A stretch of 64,000 nucleotides of DNA from Lama glama (taxonomy: Eukaryota), in NCBI GenBank assembly GCA_028534125.1, contig CM052817.1:101310001-101374000 (forward strand), given 5' to 3'. The number at the start of each line of letters is the position of its first letter. The stretch's first letter is position 1. The position numbers and the translations under genes are program-made. This document shows positions 25,101 to 37,100 of this stretch, piece after piece. The notes beneath the pieces were generated by a model. That model saw only the letters and a program-made list of their open reading frames with translations, was not told the origin of the DNA and searched no databases.

Positions 25101-28100
25101 CTATTACATTTAGGTCATTAAATCTATTTTGAGTTAATTTTTATATATGGAGTGAGGTAAGGTTTCAACTTAACTCGTTTACATTGTAGATATCTGGTGG
25201 TCTTCACATCATTTGTTGAAAGGACTCTTTCCCCCGCCCTTGTTATCTTTGTCAAGAATCAGTTGACCATAAATGTATCGTTTCATTTCTGGACTCTCAA
25301 TTCTATTCCATTGATCTATGTGCCTATTTTTATCCTGGTAACACACAATTTTGATTACTTTAGTTTGATCATAAGTTTTGAAATTTGGAAGTGTGAGGCT
25401 TCCAATTTGGGTTTTTTTTTAAAGATTGTTTTAAGACACTATGAACTCATATACAAAACAGAAACAGACTCGCAGACATCGTAAACAATCTTATGGTTAC
25501 TGGGGAAAGGGGGTGGGAAGGGATAAATTTGGGAGTTTGAGATTTACAAATGTTAGCCACTATATAGAAAAATAGACTTTTTAAAAAAAAAAAGCTTCTT
25601 CTGTATAAAGATTGTTTTAGCTATTCAGGGTCCCAGTGTAATTCTATATGAATTTTAGGGCTAGCTTTTTCATTTCTGTGAAAGAGGGCGTTGGAATTTT
25701 GATAGATGGTTCACTGAATCTATAAATCAATTTGAGAAATGTTGCCCTTTTAACATATTAAGTCTTCCAGTTCATGAGCATGGGGTATCTTTCCATTTAT
25801 TTCCATTATTAGGTGTTCTTTAATTTCTTTCAACAATGGTTTCGTAGTTTTCAGTGTAAAAGTCTTACACCTTCTTGGTTAAATTTATTCTTTAAGTATT
25901 TTATATTCTTTTGGATGCTATTGTAAATGGAGTTGTTTTCTTAATTTCATTTTTGGATGAATTGGTTTTTGTTTGTTAATCTTGTCTCCTACAACTCTGC
26001 TGATTTTATTGCTTCTAATTGTGTGTGTGTGTTTGTATTTTGGGGGATTTTACATATATTAAATCATGTCATCCCTGAATAGAGAAATTCTTACTTCTTC
26101 CTTTCCAATTTGGATGCATTTTATTTCTTTTTCTTGCCTAAATGCTCTGACTAGAACCTCTGGGATATTGTTGAATAGAATTGGCAAGAATGGATGTCCT
26201 TGTCTTGTTCATGATCCTAGTGGGTCATCATTAAGTAAGCTGTGGGTTTTGGTAGAAGTTTTTTGAAGAAGTTTCCTTCTATTTCTAATTTGATAAGTGT
26301 TTTTAATCATGAAAGGGTGTTGGATATTGTCAAATGCTTTGTCTGCATTCACTGAGATGAGACTGTGGTTTTTCCCCTCTTCATTCTATTAGTGTGGTAC
26401 ACTACATATATTGATTTTTGTACGTGGACCACTCTTGCATTCCTGGACTAAATCCCACTTGGTCATGGTGTATAGTTCTTTTAATATGCAGCTGGATTCA
26501 GCTTATTAGTATTTTGTTAAGGATTTTTGCACCTATATTCATAAGGGATATTAATCTGGAATTTTCTTTTCTTAGGATGTCTTTGGCTCTGGTGTCAGTA
26601 TATTATTGGCCTAATAGAATGAATTAGGAAATGTTCCCTCCTCTTCTATTTTTTGAAGAGTTTGGAAGGACTGGTGCTAATTTTTCTTTAAATGTTTGAT
26701 TAAATTCACCAGTGAAGCCATCTCGCCCTGGGCTTTTCTTTGTTGGAAGTTTTTTGAACATTGATTCGTCTCTTTCGTTATTATAGACCTATTCAGATTT
26801 TCCATTTCTTCTTTGAGTTAGTTTGAGGTAGTTTGTGTGTTTGTAGGAATTTATCCATTTTATCTAGGTTATTTGATTTGTTGGCATACAAGCGTTCATT
26901 GAATTCTACTTGTCAATTTTATTGATCTTTACAAAGAACCAACTTTTGGTTTCATTCTCTCTTACTCTGTGTTTTTCTATTCTCCACTTTATTGATCTCC
27001 ACTCTAATCTTTATTTCCTTTTTTCTGCATGCTTTGGGTTTAGTTTGTTCTTTTTCTCGTTCCTTAAGGTGGAAGCTTAATTAGTTTATTGATTTGAGAT
27101 CTTTTTTGATGTGGGCATTTACAACTATATATTTTGCTCTGAGCACTGTCTCTTATAAGCTTTGATATATTGTGTTATTTTTATTCATCTCAAAGTACTT
27201 TCCAATTTCCCTTGTAATTTCTTTTTTGACTCATTGTTTTAGAGTATGTTATTTAATTCCCACGTATTTGTTAATTTTCCAGATCTCCATCTGTTATTGA
27301 TTTCTTATTTCATTCCATTGTAGCCAGAGGAGATACTTTTTATGACTTCAGTCTTTATAAATGTATTGAGACTTTTGTGACCTAACATATGGTCTATTCT
27401 GGAAAGTGTTCCATGTGTCCTTGACAAAAATGTGTTTTCTATTATTGAACGGAGTGTTGTATGTAGGTGTGTTAAGTCCAGTTGGTTTATAATGTTCCAG
27501 TTTTCTGTGTCTTTATTGACCTTCTAATACTGCTGTTGTTATTAAAAGTGGAATATTGAAATCTCCAACTACTATTATTGAACTGTCCATTTCTCCCTTC
27601 AATTCTGTCAGTTTTTGCTTCATATATTTTGGGACTTTGTTGTTGGGTTCATATTTGTTAATATTTGTTATATCTTCTTGATGGATTAACCATTTTATCA
27701 TTATATAAGGTCCTTTTTTATTGAAGTATAGCTGATAATGTCCTCTTTTGTCTTCTATAGCAACTTTTGTCTTAATGTCTGTTTTATCTCATGTTGGAAT
27801 AGCCACTCCAGCTCTCTTCTGGTTACTATTTGCATGGAATATCTTTTTCCATCTTTTTACTTTCAACCTATTTATACTCTGAATAGGTTGTGAGTCTCTT
27901 AGAAACAGCATACAGTTCACTCATTCAGCAGTGTTATTATATACCTACTATGTGCAAGGGATTACCTAGGCTCTGGATGAGAGAATTTCAGTGCTCAATA
28001 ATTTGAAATAAATGAGGTATGAATAAAATTGCTTTGGTGAGTGCATTCACTTTGGGAAAATCCATCAGTCTGTCTTAAGATTTGTGACATTTTCTGTATG

Positions 28101-31100
28101 TGTGCTATACTTCAAGAAAAAGATCCCTCTGAAAAAGTACTCTGGGAATTCAATATTGAAAGAAGTTATTTCCAGCTGAGAGAGTAAGAGGAATGTCTTC
28201 ACAAGGAATCCAACTTTCAGGCTTTATGTTATATTATTACTGAAAGTTCATCATATCAAGATAAGGTGGTTTTATTTTCAGGTAAGCAAATGTGATCATC
28301 ATTGTCATCATCATTGCTACTACTTACTGAGAACTTACTCTGTGCCAGTGCCAGGTATCATCTGAGTTCTTTGTGCTTATTCATCTACCGAATCCTCGTA
28401 GCAGCCCTGTGAAGTAGGTTAGTAGGTTACCTGATTGTTTCCATTCAGCAGAGGGAAAATTGAGACATGGTGAGGTCATGTAAGTGGTGGAACCAGGATG
28501 CAGACTGCTCTGACCAGCTTGTCTCTTATCCAAACAGTAGCAATTCTCAAGGTGCAATCCAGGAACTCTCATGGGTCCCCGGACCCTTTCAGAGGGTCCA
28601 CAAGGTCAAAACTATATTTATAATAATACTAAAACATTATTTGCCTTTTTTTACCCTCAATCTCTCAGGAGTGTACAGTGGCATTTTCCAGAGACTGTAT
28701 GTGTGCTGTCAAAACAGATTGAACGCAGAAGCAGATATGAGAATCAGCTGCCTTTTGTTCAGCCAGACACTGAAGAGGTTGACAGATATGGAAAACAATG
28801 CCATTCTCCTCACACACTTTTTTTCATTTTGCAAAATATATTTTTCAGAAATTATACTATTCATGTTCACATTTAATGGGCTTGTTTTTGCTTGTAATAC
28901 ATTAATAAATATTTTGAAAGTTTCTCAGTTTCCATTTTTAATATGATAAATACCTTTTTGTTATATAAACAAAAAGCATTTGGAGTCCTCAATAATTTTT
29001 AAAGGGTTATTTGAAGTCCAATCTGTCTCTGTTTGAGAACTGACACTTAAAAATTTATCTTTCCTTTTCTTCTGTGAAACTGGATATAATATTGCCTACA
29101 TCCTGGGGAGGCTGTGAGAATTAAATGAGAGAATGGGGTGGAAGATATAGTTCAAGGTTGGAGCAAGTGCTTGGCGTGCACGAGGTCCTGGGTTCAGTCT
29201 CCAGTGCCTCTGTTAAGGGGGAAAAAATTTTTTTTTTAGCGGGAGGAGGAGGTAATTAAGTTTATTTTTTTAATTAATTTTTTTAATAGAGGAACTGGTG
29301 TTGAACCCAGGACCTTGTGCATGCTAAGCATGCACTCTACCTCTAAGCTGTACCCTCCCCTTAAAAAAAATTGTTTTTTAATGAGAGAATGTAGGTGAAG
29401 CCCTTGTGCATAGTAAGCACTCAGTCAGTGGCACTGAACCTAGAATTGTTCTTGTGTTCCCTGCAGGTGATGGACTTTTACTGCCAGTCTTGCGAGACTG
29501 CCATGTGTCGGGAGTGCACAGAGGGGGAGCACGCGGAACACCCCACAGTCCCCCTCAAGGACGTGGTGGAGCAGCACAAGGCCTCACTCCAGGTCCAGCT
29601 GGATGCTGTCAACAAAAGGTGTGCACACCTCCCCCAGGCTCCCAGCTGGCCGCCCGTGGCCTCAGGGTCTCATGTCCCAGGGAGACAGTAGGTTCATGTC
29701 GCCTAAATAAATTCTCCTTTGATCGTAGGTCTGTCTTCATAAATTAGTGAGTGATGAAGGTCCTCCCCTGCCCCATGGTAAAATTCTAACCCCCCTTTGT
29801 TACGAGTGGTGGCTTTCCTTTTAGTACCTTAGTAATGATTAAATGATTTTCATTCATTTATTCAAATATACACACAAGGAAAATGCTTTCAAGAGATCTC
29901 TGAAATTTGTGCCTGATACCAGGTGGTCTGAAGGGCCTTCTTAGCTACTGTTCTTGAAATACTTAAAGGCCCATTGTGCTGACTATGACTGGCTGCTCTC
30001 TGTTGGAGCCCAGCAAACTACTCCTGAGCAGCAAACGCTCGGTTTTCCTTCTGCTTCCCTGCTTCCAGGCTCTTTATTTGGCATGGAAACGAAGGAACAG
30101 AGTAGCTGTGTGATGCATGAGAAAGACCAAAGAGAGGAAATAAACAGCCAGCTGAAAATAGATCTCTTCGTCAATAGCTGAAGTGAGAAAAATGTGGTTA
30201 TTCTGCACTCATTAATAGAACTTGGAAACTTGCAGGAAGTTCCCTGGAAACTCGTTAAGTTTGGATAAGTTTTTCATGTGATTGGGGAAAAAAGATACAG
30301 CTATATATTTAGAACAGTTGTTCTCAGCCATGGGTGATTATACACCCCCCAGAGGACATTCGCAATGCCTGGAGGCAATTTGGTGTCACAACTGTTGAGG
30401 GGGGAGGAGAGGAAGAGGAAAGGATGCTGTTAAAATCATAATGTACAGGCAGTCTCCTGCAGCAGAGTTCTCTGGCCCCAAATATCAATAGTGTCAAGTT
30501 ACAGAATGCCTGATTAGAGTGTGAGGCAGAGCTGTAGGGTTCTGAGAGCTTTAAGACTTTGTGCTATCAATTATTAAAATTAAACGTTTGAGGTAGATTG
30601 AAGTAGACAAAGACCTTCAAAATCTCTCTTCTCAGAAGCAATAATTGTGTCATGTCTTATTCATTCTGTTATTTAGGGATTACTTCTTTAAGATGCCGAA
30701 AGGCACAAAAAATGTTTCTTGAAAAATATAGTGTTTGAATAGTTTGTGTGTATGTATTTTGTTTTTTGTTTGTTACTATTTCTGTCTTGATGTTACTATG
30801 ATAGTGACCTTTGACAACTGTCCTCCAGGCTCCCAGAAATAGATTCTGCTCTTCAGTTCATCTCGGAAATCATTCATCAGTTAACAAACCAGAAGGCCAG
30901 CATTGTGGATGACATCCATTCTACTTTTGATGAACTCCAGAAGACATTAAACGTGCGCAAGAGTGTGCTGCTGATGGAGCTGGAAGTCAACTATGGCCTC
31001 AAACACAAAGTAAGACCCTAGCCGTTCTTACAGACATCCTGTAAGAGGTGCGGTATCTGGGGCCTCCCTGGTGCCAGCTTACTGTGTTCTTCTAGCAGCC

Positions 31101-34100
31101 AAGGGGACTCAGATGGCTCCTTAAGTGTCACTGTTGTTCACTAAATAGTAGTTTTCACTCAATGGCATATCCAGCTATTTTTTTCCTTCCTGTTTTCAGC
31201 AAAACTATGATTCTGTGGCCTTAAGTACCACTTTATAATGTGACACAATGCAAGGTTGAATATAAAGCAGTGCTTTCAGGATTTAGGGTTAAACTGGATT
31301 GTTTTCCTTCCTTAATGATAATATCTAGTAGTCTCTTAATTACTCTGTCACCCACACCAACCTATTAGTCAACTTCAAAGTGAACACTGACTGCAGACTT
31401 TACCATGTCCAATCACAAAACCAGGGATGAAAGCTTCTGATAGTCAGGTGTGGAGTTTTCATTTGTTTGGTTTCTGTTCCTTTAGTGGTGACAGGGGAGC
31501 TTTGGACATTAGGGAAAGATACTGAATAATGCATATTTCAGATGTCAGGCATAGCGATCTGTTTGCCAAGCTCTTGGTGGTAACGTTTCTGCTTGTCCCT
31601 GTCAAAGACACATGACCCAAGAAATATGTGTGTGGGAGAGACGGGGGAGGGGGAGGAAAAGGGAAAGAGAAAGGACTGGGAAGGCGATTTTGGATTATGC
31701 TTTAGGACGAGGTTCACTGGGTTAAACCGAACACCGCTTGCCAGGAGCCATCTGCGCGGGCAGGTGCGGAGCGTGCGCGCTGGGAAGCGCGCACCTAGCC
31801 CGGGTTTTCTCCGGTTTTCCCCGCAGGTCCTCCAGTCTCAGCTGGACACTCTGCTCGAGGGGCAGGAGAGCATCAAGAGCTGCAGCAACTTCACGGCCCA
31901 GGCCCTCAACCATGGCACGGAGACGGAGGTGCTGCTGGTGAAGAAGCAGATGAGCGAGAAGCTGAACGAGCTGGCGGACCAGGACTTCCCGCTGCACCCG
32001 CGAGAAAACGACCAGCTGGACTTCATCGTGGAGACCGAGGGGCTCAAGAAGTCCATCCACAACCTCGGGACGATTTTAACCACCAACGCCGTCGCCTCCG
32101 AGACGGTGGCCACGGGCGAGGGGCTGCGGCAGACCATAATCGGGCAGCCCATGTCCGTTACCATAACGACCAAGGACAAAGACGGGGAGCTGTGTAAGAC
32201 CGGCAACGCCTACCTCACGGCGGAACTGAGCACGCCCGACGGCAGCGTGGCGGACGGCGAGATCCTGGACAACAAGAACGGCACCTACGAGTTCCTGTAC
32301 ACCGTGCAGAAGGAAGGCGACTTCACCCTGTCCCTGCGGCTCTACGACCAGCACATCCGAGGCAGCCCGTTTAAGCTGAAGGTGATCCGATCGGCCGACG
32401 TGTCCCCCACCACCGAGGGCGTGAAGAGGCGCGTGAAGTCCCCGGGCAGCGGCCATGTGAAGCAGAAGGCAGTGAAGAGACCCGCCAGCATGTACAGCAC
32501 CGGAAAGCGAAAAGAGAATCCCATCGAAGACGACCTGATCTTCCGAGTAGGTAAGGAGCGGGCGGCGCTGCGGCTGAACGCCGAGCTTTGCTCTGGCTAA
32601 GGGGTGACGGGAAGGTGCTGCAAGTAGCAGCTTTGCAGCTCGCCACTTCGGCTTAAGTGTTCTATCGGGTGAGCTCATGCAGTCTCCTTCTCCGCAGATT
32701 TTAGGATTTATTTTCCCCTCCTCCTGCCTCCCCTTCTCCCCCTTCCTCCTCCCTCCTCCGGCATCCTCCCCTGCTCTCTCCCCCACTCCTCCCTGTCTAC
32801 TTCCTCTCCCTCCCTTCTCCCCTCTCTCCTCTCCCATTTTCTCTCCCCCTCCTCCTCCTCCTTAAAACACAAGCTCTGCGTTTTCATTATCGTAGATTAG
32901 AAACTGAAAATAAGCAAAAAAGAGAAAAATCACAGCAGTCATAATCTGGAAATTTTAAAGGAAATCTTAGCAATCTCCACCCCCCCCCACCTCCCCACGG
33001 GAATGTTTTTAGAGAACTCCTGCCAAAACCCAAAGGCAGCAAAATCATTATATCAGATAACTTCATGTGTTTGTCTCGAATCTGCCAGCTCGGGTTGTAA
33101 CTGTGGGCAGAGGGTCTGATGCCTCCCTGTCACCGCTTCTGCACTGGGGGTGAGGGACATGGTGCGTTGCGGGTTGTGATCATGTCCAATTCGGAGAGCT
33201 GCCCAAAGAGGGGAGGGTGTATGAAAACCAGGAGAATGGAATGAGGTTGGGTGGGAGCAAGAAGGCTTAGGATGAGCCAAGAGATTTGGGGATGCAAATA
33301 GCCCTTCCCTTGTCAAATGTGTTGGCTCTGATTTCTTTAATCTGTGTATTTTCTCAATAGAAAGCAAATGAATTTAAGGAACAAACAATTTGATAGCTCT
33401 TAAGAAAAAAGTCTGCATTTTCGTGCCTGTATCCAACCTGCTTCTCTTTCTGCCTCTTTATCCTACATTGCAGTATCTCTGAAAGGGTGCTGCAGGGTCT
33501 GTTAACGAACATGTGGAGAAACAATTCTGTGATTCAAATAGATTGGGGAAAGCTTAGCTTAATGTGAAGGAAGTAGGGGTTTTTTTGTTTTTGTTTTTCC
33601 TACAGTACCTTTGGAAGCTGCTGCTGTGCACTGTAAGTCGCCATGGCAGGGGAGGTGTGATAAGAGGCAGCACTTCCCAACTTTGCTGACCATTGAACTT
33701 TTCCCATGAAACGTCTTGCGAAAATAAGGCTCCTTAGAACATTCTTGGGCAAAAGCTGCTCTATTTATTGTTTATTATTCTATGTTATTTATTATTCTTT
33801 GGGCTGAATCTTGGTAAGGATTGTGATAGGACAAGCTATCGGTTCAGAGTGTGGAGGCCCTAGTCCACTCACTGGCTGCTTGTGCTGGGTGTGAATGCAG
33901 AAGCTGTGGAGACATCTGCCCAAGCAGAGTGGGTGGGCGCCCGGAGGGTGCAGGACTGGGAGCCTCCCCAGCCTGCCACTCCGGTTCTGCTGCTTACTGA
34001 CAACTTGGGCACATCTCTCAGCTTCCCTGCGCTTCAGTTTCCCTGTCTGGAAAAAGAAAATACAGGAGAGAAAGTATAGCTTAGTGGTAGAGCGTGTGCT

Positions 34101-37100
34101 AAGCATGCATGAGATCCTGGGTTCAATCCCCAGTACCTCCACTAAAAAAAATTAAATAAGTAAACAAACCTAATTACCACCCTCCCCAAAAAAGAAGAAA
34201 AAATACATATATATAAGAAAAATATCTGCTTCTCAGAACTGTTTTAAGTTCCCAGCTTAATGCCTGGCCTGTAGGAGAAGCTAAATACTCAAGAAGGATT
34301 GTTTTTGCACGTGCAGTTAAGGCTGTTAGATGTCCCCTCCTCCTTTTTCTTCCAAAAATAAACATACCTTGCTGTTCCCCATCCATCTGCATTAAGAACA
34401 AACTCAGTCTCAAATTCAGAACCCCCTCCTCCAGCCAGGTGACCCCAGGCCACATCCCCAGGCAGGCAGCCCAGTGGAGAAAGGCGTGGATCTGGGTCTG
34501 GTCCTGATTCTCCTCGCCAGCCGGCAACTGGCTTGCCCTTTCTTAGCCCGCTTTCCTCCTCTGTAAAACATAGGGAATGAAATAGGACATAATTCTTTTT
34601 TTAAAACTGAAGTATAGTCAGTTTACAATGTGTATTACCTAATTCTTAAGGTTGCCGTGGGAGGACATGAGAAAGAGTTCTTATACCATGGCTAGCACTG
34701 GCCTGTGTACAGTAAGTGCTCAGTTAACGGTGGCTATTATTTTTCTGTTGTTATTATTATCAGTCATCATCCTTGCACCTGATTTTCTCCTGAGGAGACA
34801 GTTATATCCCTTAGGGGCGTTCTTTCCCCAAACTATACTGATTCTGAAGGCTCGGCTCCCACCCTCGGGGGAAGGGGTCCCACTCGTCTCCTCTCTTACC
34901 CATTGAGAACTGCAGTCATAGTGATTCACATATCTACACATTTGTAAGGAGCTTAGAACAGCACCTGGCCTACAGCACTGTGTCTGAGTTTATTCGTGGA
35001 GTAAAGATCAGGTCTTAGTTTTCTAGGGCAGAAGTAACGAAATATCACAGACTGAGTGGCTTAAACAAGGAGGCTGAAAGTCCAAGATCGAGGAGGTGGC
35101 AGGGTTGGTTTCCTCTGAGGCCTCTCCTCGGCTTGTAGACAGCTGCCTTCTTGCTGCCTTTTCCTTCCACGGTCGTCCCTCTGTGCACATGCACCTCTGG
35201 TGTTTCTTCTTCTTCTTCTTGGAAGGACACGAGTCATATTGGATTAGGGCCTCATCCTAACGGCCCCATTGAAGTTAATCACCTCTTAAAGACCTTAACT
35301 CCAAGTACAGTCACATTCAGAGGTGCTGGGGGTTGGGACTGGACTTCAGCTTAGAAATTTCATGGAGATACAGTTCAGCTTGTCATAGATGCTGAATACC
35401 TCAGGTGTGGAAGGGCAGAAAGGGAGATAGAGCTTACTGACTCATTCCTCTTTAGCTTTATGTTCTAATCCAGAGTCTAACCAAAAGACACCACCACTGT
35501 GCAATAATATAGCGCATAAAACATTTCTAGAGTGCATACTACAGGGCAGGCATTATGCTAAGAGGTGAGGAATACAGAGATGAAAGAAATGAGGTGTCCT
35601 CCCTCCAGGGACTTAGAGTTTGGAGTGACAGATGTATGATCTACTAACTAATACCATGGGTTGGGAAAAGGAATTGAAACCAGACGTGAATGATGAATAC
35701 AAGCCATCCAAGTCGACAGGTAGAAATGGCATCCTGGGCAGAGGGACCAATGTGAAAGTCAGAGAGGCCAGGTGAAACGGAGTGAACACGATTGATGTGT
35801 CAGGGTGGTGGGGGGACGCATCCCATGAGAAGATGCAGGGGCAGCAGAGGTCAGAGGGGTGGAAGGTGGTGGGGGCACTGGCTGAAGGGGAGCTGGACAG
35901 ATCAGTGTTGGAACCCCTGCTTCTAGAATGCCCTCTGTGCTTTCACACCTTCATCCCTGAATCCTCTCCCCAATTTTATCCTTCCCTCAACTACCCCCTT
36001 CTCTTTTAGAATCCACAGTGAATATTATTATTTATGCCTAGGTCTTATTTTCTGATAAGATTATAAATTACTTGAGGTCAAAGATGAAGTCTTTATTCAT
36101 TTATAATCCTCAATAATACCCATAAGAATTCCTTGCATAAGGACTTTGCCCATTTGAGTAGGATCAAGTCACGACTTACTGCATGATTTAACTTCCTGCT
36201 CACCGCTGTCAAGTCCCAGTTTTGAGGCCCAGGGACACACAGACCAGGCAACAAAGCCCCAAGCTCGAAGGCAGTTATCACCTATGTTCCCATGCATGGA
36301 ACTGTGCTAGGCTAGGCGGTGTCAGACAAACAGTGCTTGCCTTCTGAGAACTTGTGTTTTCAAAAATCTATACTGTGGGCTACAAATGAGTTTATATTAG
36401 CAATTAAAAGAGTTCAACTGTCTTTTATGGCTACACCTTTGTTTTAGGACTCTAAGCTTCTCTGTACAGTCAGGCTCTTAGGTGCATGATAATAGAACAT
36501 TCGTGGTTGGAACAGTCCCTCTCTGCATGTGTGGAAACCTATCACATGTAAGTCAGAATTCATTCAATTCCAAGTACGTGAGCGGGCAACTGTGGTTCTG
36601 CTGTTCCCTCAACTAGTCTCACATACTGAGCTTGAGGCCCTGATTTCATGCTTAAAGCTACTGAGTTTTTCCTAAAACATGTATTAGGATTCATTCAACA
36701 ACCCTAAATAATGTATGTTAATTTTGTATATTCCTGAACATGAATCATCACTTTCAGGGTGAAAAAAAGAATTTTCTGGGGGTGATTTTGACCCAGGTTT
36801 TCACCTTCCCCATCTATTATTCGCCCTGTAGTTTAGATGTGACTCTGCTGTTTGAACACCTACTGTGTGCCTGACACTTGGCCAGGTCGTGGTGGGAAGA
36901 GAGGGATGAGATTCTGACTCTCACCTAGAGGAGGCCGCAGTCCAGAAGGGGACAGATGTACAAAACGTCATGCATGCAGTGTGAGTCGAGGCCCGGAAGC
37001 TGGGTTGGGTGGGAGGAGGCTGGCAGGCAGCCGGGAGTTAAGGAAGCTTCCCAGAGGTGACATCTAAACCTGAACTGGCTTTGGAAGAGGAGTCTGTCAG

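Noticed and set aside
28467..28946. 159-aa ORF
   Set aside because: Lies in MIR and hAT MITE sequence; no splice context or recognisable protein
32076..32837. 253-aa antisense ORF, plus 31722..32060 and 31838..32206
   Set aside because: Shadow of a GC3-rich coding exon and a low-complexity tract; stop-poor by composition; no recognisable domain
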